Assembly: GCA_030527185.1 (NCBI GenBank)
Contig: JAUNBF010000004.1
Span: 30,347-94,346, forward strand
DNA length: 64,000 nucleotides
Source of the DNA: Planctomycetia bacterium
GTDB taxonomy: Bacteria; Planctomycetota; Planctomycetia; Pirellulales; Thermoguttaceae
Reading direction: 5' to 3'
Position numbers and translations under genes: made by a program. The first letter of the stretch is position 1. Each line of letters starts with the position of its first letter. Positions 1 to 8,657 of this stretch are shown in pieces. A model generated the notes under the pieces. It saw only the letters and a program-made list of their open reading frames with translations, searched no databases and had not been told where the DNA came from.

Positions 1-679
1 CATTCAGGTGTTTGTGCAACAACTCATTGGAACTTCCACCTGTAAATGGAGGACGCCCCGCAATCAACTCGAAGAGCGTGCAACCGAGACTGTACAAATC
101 GGCTCGCTGATCGACCGCTTGCCCACGAATCTGCTCTGGCGACATGTAACTGCGAGTTCCCTGGACTTTGTTCGATTTGCCGAGCAATCGTGTCCAGAAT
201 CCCTGCGACCGCACCGCAATCGCAAAGTCGATCAGTTTCAGACTGTCGTTTTCATCGTCGATCATGAAATTATCCGGCTTCACATCCCGATGAACCCACC
301 CCTGAGCATTGAAATAGGCCAGCGCTTCCGTCGCCGCCACCGCCAGCTTGGGAACGCGATAGGCATACTGCTCGGTTCCTTTACGGATGAGCGCTTTCAT
401 ATTCCCATGCGGGTACCACTCCATCACCAGGTAAGGCTGATTCCCATCGACCCCATAGTCCAACATCCGAATCACCTGAGGATGATCCAGTTTTTCTCCG
501 ACGGTATACTCCCATTTGAGCAAGGCCGCGGCCGCACGGTTCTTCATCTGTTTCTCAGAGAGCGTTTTGACAGCCACAAACCGATCTCCCCGATCGTCCC
601 GTGCCTGCCACAGTTGGGCATCCTGCCCAGTATTGACCGGGTTGAGCAAACGGTAGGAACCTAAATATTGTTTTGCCAT
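1..679 (-). CDS. Ser/Thr protein kinase, N-terminal catalytic domain; the gene continues past the window start
   Basis: Absent from the ORF track because it runs off the edge. The reverse complement from ATG 679-677 reads MAKQYLGSYRLLNPV..GDRFVAVKTL..GWVHRDVKPDNF..KVQGTRSYMSPEQIRG (Hanks kinase subdomains). The listed + ORF 8-664 is its antisense shadow. Confidence 0.85.
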   Translation of the reverse strand, partial: MAKQYLGSYRLLNPVNTGQDAQLWQARDDRGDRFVAVKTLSEKQMKNRAAAALLKWEYTVGEKLDHPQVIRMLDYGVDGNQPYLVMEWYPHGNMKALIRKGTEQYAYRVPKLAVAATEALAYFNAQGWVHRDVKPDNFMIDDENDSLKLIDFAIAVRSQGFWTRLLGKSNKVQGTRSYMSPEQIRGQAVDQRADLYSLGCTLFELIAGRPPFTGGSSNELLHKHLN

Positions 680-1091
680 AAAAGACCTAAAAATATCTTG
701 TGGTGAAACAGGGACGAAAACGAACTCCCTTCCCTGTTTGGAAACTGTCATTTTCCCCAAAAATTTCCATCTCTGAAAGCGGAATATCTCCCAGGACATT
801 CTGTCAATGGAACTTCATTTTAACAGATAAATGGATTTTGTTCAATGCGGGTAGGGAAGATTCCAGAAAAAATATTCCCCGGAAATAACCACAGACAAAA
901 TAAAGTAAAAAGACCCAGAAAAACGCAGACCGCCCATGGGAACCCCGACACACACGCAAGAGGACACTTATGGCTGCTGGCGCAAACCCCTGACCAGGTT
1001 CATGGTCTTACGTTGTGCGGAATCCCCATGGGCGATCCAACATTCCTCCATTCTAACAGAAATACGCCAAAAGAAAAGGGGGTACTTTGGG

Positions 1092-1106
1092 GGAATTATC
1101 AATTCC
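1092..1106 (-). repeat. Single TAATTGA-type unit within GGAATTGATAATTCC, 7 nt after the ubiX stop
   Basis: The sense (minus) strand reads TAA CAGGGGT GGAATTGATAATTCC. It has the same core as the tandem heptamer repeats at 25635, 28571, 42376 and 58083. Confidence 0.4.
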
Positions 1107-1113
1107 ACCCCTG

Positions 1114-1788
1114 TTAGCCAGCCGTTTCCAGAAAACTTTCTTCATTCCATCCTTCGGCAGCGATGTTATTTTGTCCACGCCAACGACGAATGAGATTGTT
1201 GTCGATTTCCAACTGATCACAAATCCGGGAAACGACGAAATTCACAATATCGCGCAGGTCTTTCGCACCATGATAAAACGCGGGAGTGGGGGGGAGAATC
1301 ACTCCTCCTGCCTGCGTTACGGTGAGCATATTTTGCAGATGGATGAGCGAAAGCGGCGTTTCGCGTGGGACGAGAATCAGTTTTCGACGTTCTTTCAAAT
1401 GCACATCGGCAGCGCGATGAATCAGGTTCAGATGGACACCTGACGCAATGCAACCCAACGTCCCCATCGTGCAGGGACAGACGACCATGCCGTCCGTTTT
1501 GTACGAACCACTGGCCACGGGAGCGGTAAAATCGTGGTTGGGGTGAAAATGAACCTGACCAGACGGAAAAATTTCAGAGACGCAGTTTTGCGACAGGCCG
1601 AGCTGAATCGGGTCGAAGGCTTCCGGGTTGAGCGTAACGTTTAGTTCCTTCTCCAATACTTTGTAGGCCGTATCGCTAATCATCAGATGGATGTCGCACT
1701 CGCTGGCTACCAGCACTTCAATCAACCGGACGGCATAGGCGACGCCACTGGCACCCGTAATTCCGATAACAATTTTTCGGTCACACAT
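1114..1788 (-). CDS. ubiX: Flavin prenyltransferase UbiX
   Basis: 224 aa. IVIGITGASG flavoprotein N-terminus and MVVCPCTMGTLG..LILVPRETPLS blocks are typical of UbiX/Pad1. ATG at 1788. Confidence 0.9.
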   Translation of the reverse strand: MCDRKIVIGITGASGVAYAVRLIEVLVASECDIHLMISDTAYKVLEKELNVTLNPEAFDPIQLGLSQNCVSEIFPSGQVHFHPNHDFTAPVASGSYKTDGMVVCPCTMGTLGCIASGVHLNLIHRAADVHLKERRKLILVPRETPLSLIHLQNMLTVTQAGGVILPPTPAFYHGAKDLRDIVNFVVSRICDQLEIDNNLIRRWRGQNNIAAEGWNEESFLETAG

Positions 1789-1952
1789 TTTCCATTTCTC
1801 CTTTTCGTAAAGACCCCAAATTTTTCTCTATTCATTATAGTCGATTCGAGAAGATTTCGGAAGTGGTGAAGATAAAAAAGGTTCCCAGAGGAGCTTTGTG
1901 GGATGGGGACTTTACAGGAAGAGGGAAATACCGCAAAATGAAAGGAGTGAAG

Positions 1953-4112
1953 ATGGAAAAGATGGTACGGAGGTTAAGAATGCGTTGGAGTGTGTTGGTA
2001 ATCGTAGGGGGAATCCTGGGAATGGGTTGGGCGGAAGCGCAGAATCTGGATCGGGAAAAGATCGTTCGGCGGCATACGCTGGAAAATCTTCCGATGGAGG
2101 TGGAAATTCCTCTCGGAAATGGGGAATTTTGCTTCAATGTGGACGGTACCGGCGTCCAGACGCTGCGGGGAAACACAATGGCTCATTGGGGCTGGCATTC
2201 GTTCCCTTTGCCGGAGGGATTTTCGGAAAAAGATATTCCCGCCACGGGGACTTTTCAGCAGGGGCGTAACACCCTTGCTGGCGATCACTCCTTTCCCCCG
2301 GAAAAACAGGCTTTACGGCAATGGCTTTTCGACAATCCTCATCGGGCGGATTTGGTCCGAATCCAATGGACGCGAGGGGATGGAACGGCCATTCCACCGG
2401 AAGCGATTCGGCAGGTTTCCCGAAAAATGGATTTGTGGACAGGGTTACATCGGTGTGAGTGGATTCTGGATGGAGAGACCGTGGTGGTGGAGACGGTGGT
2501 GGGAATGGAGAGTGACGCTCTAGCCGTGCAGGTACATTCCCCTCTTCTGGCGGTAGGAAAATTGATCGCAACGCTCGATTTTCCCTATCCGACGATCATT
2601 TCCGAGGCTTACTGCGGCAATTTTCAGGTTCCCGAAAAACATCGGACGACGCTGTTGTCGAAAAACGATGGGGATGGGGTCAAACTCCGGCGAAATGTGG
2701 ATGATTTGGAATATCGGGTTCAGGTTGGTTGTTGCGAAGCGGGAAAAGTGGCGGTTCAGCCCGAAATCCATAGGGTGACGATTACGTCCCATGGGGAAAC
2801 GCTTGCTTTTTTCTGCCACTGCGAACATCCGACCAGCCTTCATTTCCAGCCGAATGCCGAGGAAAGGGAAAATTTCGATTTTGCGAGGTGGAAGGAAAAA
2901 ACGGCGGAAAAATGGGTGGAATACTGGAAATCGGGAGCGGCGGTCGATTTTTCGGAGAGTACGGATTCACGATGGCGGGAATTGGAGCGTCGCGTGGTTC
3001 TTTCGCAGTATTTAATGCGGAGTAATTCTGCCGGAAGTTGGCCGCCGGCGGAAACGGGGCTGTTGGGGACAGACTTTTGGCGTGGGCAGTTTCACGGCGA
3101 GATGATTTACTGGCATTTGGCGCACTATGCCCTCTGGAATCGTTGGGAACTGGCTCAACCGGCGTTGAAGTGTTACGCTCGATTTTTGCCGACGGCCCGC
3201 CAACTGGCGTCGCAATTGGGGTATCGAGGAGCGCAGTGGCCGAAATCGGTTGGCCCGGAAGGACGTTCGGCACCATGGGTGGGGAATCAGGTTTTGTTGT
3301 GGAAGCAGCCGCATCCGATTCTTTTCGCGGAGTTGGAATACCGCCATGCTCCCACACGTGAAACGTTGGAAAAATGGGAAGAAATTGTCGAACAAACGGC
3401 GGAATTCATGGCGGACTATCCTGAAAAAGGGGAGGATGGGCTGTTCCATCTTCGACCCGTCATGCCACCGAGTGAGCAGGGAATTACGGTGGACAGTGTT
3501 TTCGATTTGGCGTACTGGCGGTGGGGGTTGGAACAGGCGAATCGTTGGCGGGAACGGTTGGGAAAAGAACGCAACGGCCAGTGGGACGAAATTCGCAAAG
3601 ACCTGGCACCTCTGCCGACGCTTCCCGGAACTCCTGAAAAGGTGACGGTTTACATCCATTCTGCCGAGTGGACGGACACGTACGAAAAGTATGCCTGGGA
3701 ACATCCCAATCCGGTGGGGGTTTATGGGATGATTCCTCCCACCGAAGGGGTCTGTCCTGAAATTGCCCGGCGAACGGTGCGGAAAATCCAGGAGACGTGG
3801 AATTGGGAACGGGTTTGGGGATGGGACTTTCCCTGGACTGCCATGGCGGCTGCGCGGACGGGACAACCGGAAATTGCGGTGGAGATTTTGCTGCATCCCA
3901 GCCCACGCAATGCCTATGATTTGCGAGGTGTGAACGCGAACAACCCCTGCCCGTATCTTCCTGGAAATGGCGGGGTTCTGTACGCGGTGGGGATGATGGT
4001 TGGGGGTTGGGAAGGTTGTCCTCAGGTGGATCGTTCCCGGGGTGAGGCTCCGGGGTTTCCACGCAATGGGAAATGGGTGATTCGCTGGGAAGGTTTTTGC
4101 CCCGCACCATGA
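1953..4112 (+). CDS. Secreted hypothetical protein, possibly an (alpha/alpha)6-barrel glycoside-hydrolase-like fold
   Basis: ORF 1863-4112. The best start is ATG 1953, preceded by AGGAG. Signal peptide MEKMVRRLRMRWSVLVIVGGILGMGWAEA. The W/H-rich helical region (FHGEMIYWHLAHYALWNRWE) resembles six-hairpin glycosidases. The function is not verified. Confidence 0.6.
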   Translation: MEKMVRRLRMRWSVLVIVGGILGMGWAEAQNLDREKIVRRHTLENLPMEVEIPLGNGEFCFNVDGTGVQTLRGNTMAHWGWHSFPLPEGFSEKDIPATGTFQQGRNTLAGDHSFPPEKQALRQWLFDNPHRADLVRIQWTRGDGTAIPPEAIRQVSRKMDLWTGLHRCEWILDGETVVVETVVGMESDALAVQVHSPLLAVGKLIATLDFPYPTIISEAYCGNFQVPEKHRTTLLSKNDGDGVKLRRNVDDLEYRVQVGCCEAGKVAVQPEIHRVTITSHGETLAFFCHCEHPTSLHFQPNAEERENFDFARWKEKTAEKWVEYWKSGAAVDFSESTDSRWRELERRVVLSQYLMRSNSAGSWPPAETGLLGTDFWRGQFHGEMIYWHLAHYALWNRWELAQPALKCYARFLPTARQLASQLGYRGAQWPKSVGPEGRSAPWVGNQVLLWKQPHPILFAELEYRHAPTRETLEKWEEIVEQTAEFMADYPEKGEDGLFHLRPVMPPSEQGITVDSVFDLAYWRWGLEQANRWRERLGKERNGQWDEIRKDLAPLPTLPGTPEKVTVYIHSAEWTDTYEKYAWEHPNPVGVYGMIPPTEGVCPEIARRTVRKIQETWNWERVWGWDFPWTAMAAARTGQPEIAVEILLHPSPRNAYDLRGVNANNPCPYLPGNGGVLYAVGMMVGGWEGCPQVDRSRGEAPGFPRNGKWVIRWEGFCPAP

Positions 4113-4140
4113 AATTTGGGAGAAATATTTTCCCCACCCG

Positions 4141-4169
4141 TTGACAGGAGCGGGGAGATAAAATAGACT
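4141..4169 (+). promoter_or_regulatory. Sigma70-like promoter TTGACA-17-TAGACT upstream of the first Gfo/Idh/MocA gene
   Basis: TTGACA 4141-4146, 17-nt spacer, TAGACT 4164-4169. About 65 nt upstream of ATG 4234. Confidence 0.5.
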
Positions 4170-4233
4170 GATTGTAGGAATATGTCCATTCAGGGCAGGA
4201 TTGTTTGTCAAACTATATAGAGGAGAAGTGAAC

Positions 4234-5595
4234 ATGAATTGGAAGACCCACCGACGTAATTTCCTGAAATCGACCGCTGTGGCAGGTGCCGGAGTGTTGA
4301 TTGTCAAGGATTTGCTGGCGAATGAATCCCCGAACGAGAAGATTGCCTTTGCCTGCGTCGGAATTGGTGGAAAGGGGAGCAGCGACTCGGCGGACGCGGC
4401 ACGGTTTGGTCAGGTCGTGGCGGTTTGCGACACGAACCGGAATCAACTCAAAGGGGGCGAAAAACGTTTTCCCGGCGCGAAGTTGTACGAAGATTATCGG
4501 GTGCTGTTCGAGGAGATGGGCAAAAGTATTGATGCCGTGACCGTCAGTACGACCGACCACATGCACGCTCCGATTGCGTCGATGGCGATGCGGATGGGAA
4601 AACATTGTTTTTGCCAGAAACCGTTGACGCGAACGATTTCGGAAGCACGGAAACTGGCGGAACTGGCGAAGGAAAACAACGTCGTGACGCAGATGGGAAA
4701 CCAGGGAACGGCCAGCACCAATTCCCGCGAAGGGGTGGCGTTGATTCGTAACGGGCTGGTGGGCGAAGTGAAGGAAGTGATGGTCTGGACGAACCGTCCG
4801 ATTTGGCCGCAGGGTGGTGAACGGGGCACCCCGGCGGAAGTCCCCGCGTATCTGAACTGGGAAGCGTGGCTGGGCTGCGCTCCCCAACGACCCTTTGTGC
4901 CGGGTGCGTATGATCCGTTTGCGTGGCGTGGTTGGTGGGATTTCGGCTCCGGGGCATTGGGAGATATGGCGTGCCATACCGCCAGCGTGGCGTATCGCGC
5001 GTTGGATATGAAAGACCCGGTGAGTGTCCAGGCCACGACCTCCGGCCACAACTACGACAGCTTCCCGAAATGGTCGACGATTGAGTTTGAATTCCCCGCC
5101 ACCGATTGGCGTCCCGGATTCAAGTTCACCTGGCTCGACGGCGGCAAACGGCCTGATCCCGAATTGTTGGGTGGAATCCAGCCTGCCGGTTCCGCGTTTT
5201 TGTTGATTGGAACGAAAGGGACGTTCTATTCGCCGGATGATTACGGCAATACCCGCACGATTATCGGAGCGGCGAAGGATGACGAGGCGGCGCTTTTGGA
5301 AAAAGTCCGTCCCGAAGTCCGCGTGGCTCAGGAAGGGCATTTCGGCGAATGGGTCGAAGGAATCAAGAAGAATGATCCGACGTTCCCGATGTCGAACATG
5401 ATTACGCAGGCAGGCGGCTTGACCGAAACGATTCTCCTGGGGAACCTGGCGGTCTGGGCGGCCAATAAACCGGAAGAATTGGGCGAAAAAGTGGAGTGGG
5501 ACGCCAAAAATCTGAAGATTTTGGGGAATCCGCAGGATCGGGAGCGGTTGGAATCGCTCGTCTTCCCGAAATATCGCGAAGGTTATACGCTGTAA
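4234..5595 (+). CDS. Tat-signal Gfo/Idh/MocA family oxidoreductase (paralogue 1)
   Basis: SD GAGGAG then ATG 4234. Twin-arginine signal HRRNFLKSTAVAGAGVL. Rossmann segment FACVGIGGKGSSD..VAVCD. Conserved STTDHMHA and CQKPL blocks. Confidence 0.9.
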   Translation: MNWKTHRRNFLKSTAVAGAGVLIVKDLLANESPNEKIAFACVGIGGKGSSDSADAARFGQVVAVCDTNRNQLKGGEKRFPGAKLYEDYRVLFEEMGKSIDAVTVSTTDHMHAPIASMAMRMGKHCFCQKPLTRTISEARKLAELAKENNVVTQMGNQGTASTNSREGVALIRNGLVGEVKEVMVWTNRPIWPQGGERGTPAEVPAYLNWEAWLGCAPQRPFVPGAYDPFAWRGWWDFGSGALGDMACHTASVAYRALDMKDPVSVQATTSGHNYDSFPKWSTIEFEFPATDWRPGFKFTWLDGGKRPDPELLGGIQPAGSAFLLIGTKGTFYSPDDYGNTRTIIGAAKDDEAALLEKVRPEVRVAQEGHFGEWVEGIKKNDPTFPMSNMITQAGGLTETILLGNLAVWAANKPEELGEKVEWDAKNLKILGNPQDRERLESLVFPKYREGYTL

Positions 5596-5608
5596 TTGTT
5601 TTTTTCAG

Positions 5609-5652
5609 CCTTCCCGTGGAACAGTGGTTTTGCGGGAAGGATTTTCTGCTTT
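5609..5652 (+). terminator. Putative rho-independent terminator
   Basis: Stem CCTTCCCG (5609-5616) pairs with CGGGAAGG (5633-5640). 16-nt loop, followed by ATTTTCTGCTTTT. Confidence 0.5.
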
Positions 5653-5669
5653 TAAAGAAGGAGTTTGAG

Positions 5670-7025
5670 ATGAAGACCCACCGACGTAATTTTCTGAAAT
5701 CGACCGCCGTTGCCGGGGCAGGGGTGTTGATTGCGCGTGATTTGCTGGCGAATGAGTCCCCGAATGAAAAGATCGCTTTTGCCTGTGTGGGAATTGGGGG
5801 GAAGGGGAGCAGCGACTCCGCCGACGCCGCCCGATTTGGTCAGGTGGTGGCGGTTTGCGACACGAACCGGAATCAGTTGAAAGGGGGCGAAAAACGGTTT
5901 GCTGGCGCGAAATTGTACGAAGATTATCGCGTGATGTTCGATGAGTTGGGCAAAAGTATCGATGCGGTGACGGTCAGTACGACGGATCACATGCACGCTC
6001 CGATTGCCGCCATGGCGATGCGGATGGGAAAGCATTGTTTTTGCCAGAAACCGTTGACGCGGACGATTTCGGAAGCACGGAAACTGGCGGAACTGGCGAA
6101 GGAAAACAACGTCGTGACGCAGATGGGGAACCAGACCACCGCCACGACCCCCTCACGAGAGTGCGTCGCGTTGATTCAGGCCGGTTTGATTGGCACGGTC
6201 AAGGAAGTAATTAGTTGGAGCAATCGTCCGGTCTGGCCGCAGGGTGGGGAACGTGGCACTCCGACGGAAGTTCCGGCGTATTTGAACTGGGAAGCGTGGA
6301 TTGGATCTGCCCCGATGCGACCGTATGTGGCAGGTGCGTACGATCCCTTTTCGTGGCGTGGTTGGTGGGATTTCGGTTGTGGAGCGCTGGGCGATATGGG
6401 TTGCCATCAGTTGAGTGTCCTGTATCGTGCCACCGATTTGAAAAATCCGGTCAGCGTTCAGGCCAAAACGTCCGGTCACAATTGCGACAGTCTGCCGAAG
6501 TGGTCGGTGATTGATTTCGTTTTCCCGGATACGGAACAACGGCCTGGGTTTACGTTTACATGGCTGGATGGTGGTCAGCGTCCGAATCCCGATTTGTTGC
6601 AGGGAGAGACGATGACGGGAAGTGGTTTTCTGCTCATTGGCGAAAAGGGAACGATGTTTTCGCCGGACGGGCAGGGTGCCAGCCGCAAGATTCTGGGTTC
6701 TGCGAAGGATGACGAAGCGGCCTTGCTGGAAAAAATCCGCCCGGAAATCCGTGTGGCGAAAGAAGGGCATTTCGGGGAATTTGTGGAAGGAATCAAGAAA
6801 AATGATCCGACGTTCCCGATGTCGAACATGATTACCAATTCCGGCGGCTTGACCGAGACGATTCTGCTGGGCAATCTGGCGGTCTGGGCAGCCAACAAAC
6901 CGGAAGAATTGGGCGAAAAAGTGGAATGGGACGCCAAAAATCTGAAAATTCTGGGAACGCCGAAAGATCGCGAACGGCTGGAATCGCTCGTTTTCCCGAA
7001 ATATCGCGAAGGATACACGTTGTAA
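5670..7025 (+). CDS. Tat-signal Gfo/Idh/MocA family oxidoreductase (paralogue 2)
   Basis: The track ORF starts at 5496 but overlaps paralogue 1. SD GAAGGAG then ATG 5670 gives MKTHRRNFLKSTAVAGAGVL, co-linear with paralogue 1 and highly similar throughout. Confidence 0.9.
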   Translation: MKTHRRNFLKSTAVAGAGVLIARDLLANESPNEKIAFACVGIGGKGSSDSADAARFGQVVAVCDTNRNQLKGGEKRFAGAKLYEDYRVMFDELGKSIDAVTVSTTDHMHAPIAAMAMRMGKHCFCQKPLTRTISEARKLAELAKENNVVTQMGNQTTATTPSRECVALIQAGLIGTVKEVISWSNRPVWPQGGERGTPTEVPAYLNWEAWIGSAPMRPYVAGAYDPFSWRGWWDFGCGALGDMGCHQLSVLYRATDLKNPVSVQAKTSGHNCDSLPKWSVIDFVFPDTEQRPGFTFTWLDGGQRPNPDLLQGETMTGSGFLLIGEKGTMFSPDGQGASRKILGSAKDDEAALLEKIRPEIRVAKEGHFGEFVEGIKKNDPTFPMSNMITNSGGLTETILLGNLAVWAANKPEELGEKVEWDAKNLKILGTPKDRERLESLVFPKYREGYTL

Positions 7026-7072
7026 TGATTAATGAACTAATGATTAATGGTTAGTGGTTAATGGTTGAAAAT
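7023..7072 (+). repeat. Heptanucleotide tandem repeat starting at the stop codon (TAATGAT-type units)
   Basis: TAATGAT TAATGAA c TAATGAT TAATGGT TAGTGGT TAATGGT TGAAAAT. The first unit contains the TAA stop of paralogue 2. Confidence 0.8.
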
Positions 7073-7109
7073 TGGGATTGTTCTTGTTTTTAGGGGGATT
7101 TTTTCCCTC

Positions 7110-7138
7110 TTGTGGGATTTTCCAAAATCGGATAGACT
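7110..7138 (+). promoter_or_regulatory. Possible promoter TTGTGG-17-TAGACT
   Basis: Same TAGACT -10 hexamer as at 4164. 17-nt spacer. Upstream of ATG 7203. Confidence 0.35.
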
Positions 7139-7202
7139 AACAAGAATCATGGGTGCGGTGCAAGTCCGTGTTTAATAGATGAAACCTCGAAGGAGAAAAC
7201 AG

Positions 7203-8567
7203 ATGACATTAAGAACCAACCGACGTAATTTTCTGAAGACCAGTGCCGTAGCGGGGGCGGGCGTGATGATTGTCAGCGACTTGCTGGCAAACGAATCGCC
7301 GAATGAACAGATTGCTTTTGCCGCCGTCGGAATCGGTGGAAAAGGCTCCAGCGACTCTGCCGACGCGGCTCGTTCCGGGCGAATGGTGGCGGTGTGCGAC
7401 ACGAACCGCAACCAGTTGAAAGGTGGCGAAAAACGTTTCCCCGGCGCGAAGTTGTACGAAGATTATCGGGTGATGTTTGATGAACTCGGCAAGAGTATTG
7501 ATGCGTTTACCGTCAGCACGACCGACCACATGCACGCGGTGATTGCGGCGGCAGGAATGCGGATGGGAAAACATTGTTTTTGCCAGAAGCCGTTGACGCG
7601 GACGATTTATGAAGCTCGCCGACTGGGTGAAATTGCCCGTGAAAACAAGGTGATTACGCAGATGGGCAACCAGGGTTCCGCGGGAAGTGGCCTTCGTGAA
7701 AGCGCGGCGCTGATTCGAGCCGGTTTGCTGGGCAAAGTTTCGGAAGTCATCGTCTGGAGTAACCGTCCGGTTTGGCCGCAGGGTGGCGAACGTGGACAGG
7801 AAGCTCCGGTGCCGGAATACCTGAACTGGGATTTGTGGCTGGGGAACGCCCCGAAACGTCCGTTTGTGCCGGGTGCGTATGATCCGTTTGCGTGGCGTGG
7901 CTGGTGGGACTTCGGTTCCGGTGCGTTGGGCGACATGGCGTGCCATACGGTGAACGTCGCGTTTGCGGCATTGGATATTCGGAATCCGACGTGGGTGGAA
8001 GCAATCACGTCCGGTCACAACTTCGACAGCCTGCCGAAATGGTCGAACATCACATTTGAATTCCCGGCCAACGATTGGCGTCCCGGCTTCAAGTTCACCT
8101 GGATGGATGGCGGCAAGCGGCCTGATCCCGAACTTCTGGAAGGGGAACAGCCGTCCGGTTCCGGGCTGGTGATTATTGGTGAGAAGGGTAAATTTTACTC
8201 CAAGAATGACTACGGTCAGGATCGGACGCTCTTTGGTGCGTGCAAAGAGGACGAAGCGGCGTTGCTGGAAAAAGTCAAGCCGACGGTTCCGGTGGCACCT
8301 GGTGGACACTTTGGCGAATGGGTCGAAGCGATCAAGCGAAACGATCCGAAACTTCCGTGGTCGAATTTCCCGGACTATGCCGGCCCGCTCACCGAAACGA
8401 TTCTGCTGGGCAACCTGGCCGTCTGGGCTGCCAACAAACCGGAAGAGAAGGGACAGCGCGTCAACTGGGATGCCAAGAATCTCCAGATTGTCGGCAATGT
8501 GGAAGATCGTGCGCGACTGGAGTCGTTGGTGAAACCGCAGTATCAGAATGGTTACGAGAACCTCTAA
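7203..8567 (+). CDS. Tat-signal Gfo/Idh/MocA family oxidoreductase (paralogue 3)
   Basis: ORF 7179-8567. SD GAAGGAG then ATG 7203 gives MTLRTNRRNFLKTSAVAGAGVM. Same conserved blocks as paralogues 1 and 2 but more diverged. Confidence 0.9.
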   Translation: MTLRTNRRNFLKTSAVAGAGVMIVSDLLANESPNEQIAFAAVGIGGKGSSDSADAARSGRMVAVCDTNRNQLKGGEKRFPGAKLYEDYRVMFDELGKSIDAFTVSTTDHMHAVIAAAGMRMGKHCFCQKPLTRTIYEARRLGEIARENKVITQMGNQGSAGSGLRESAALIRAGLLGKVSEVIVWSNRPVWPQGGERGQEAPVPEYLNWDLWLGNAPKRPFVPGAYDPFAWRGWWDFGSGALGDMACHTVNVAFAALDIRNPTWVEAITSGHNFDSLPKWSNITFEFPANDWRPGFKFTWMDGGKRPDPELLEGEQPSGSGLVIIGEKGKFYSKNDYGQDRTLFGACKEDEAALLEKVKPTVPVAPGGHFGEWVEAIKRNDPKLPWSNFPDYAGPLTETILLGNLAVWAANKPEEKGQRVNWDAKNLQIVGNVEDRARLESLVKPQYQNGYENL

Positions 8568-8594
8568 ACGAAGGTTTTCGGGTTACAACGGAAG

Positions 8595-8632
8595 GAGGCA
8601 AAGTGAGAGTGCTTTGCCTCTATTTTCATTTT
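8595..8632 (+). terminator. Rho-independent terminator
   Basis: GAGGCAAAG (8595-8603) pairs with CTTTGCCTC (8612-8620). 8-nt loop, then TATTTTCATTTT. Confidence 0.65.
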
Positions 8633-8657
8633 CCATAGATTTCATAAAGGAGTTTTC

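Noticed and set aside
8-664. 218-aa plus-strand ORF at the window start
   Set aside because: It is the antisense shadow of the Ser/Thr kinase gene. The minus-strand translation shows HRDVKPDN, VAVKTL and SYMSPEQ motifs, and the plus-strand one shows none.
5496-5669. N-terminal extension of the second Gfo/Idh/MocA ORF (track start 5496)
   Set aside because: The extension overlaps the 3' end of paralogue 1 and crosses a terminator-like hairpin. A strong SD plus ATG at 5670 gives an N-terminus co-linear with the other two paralogues.
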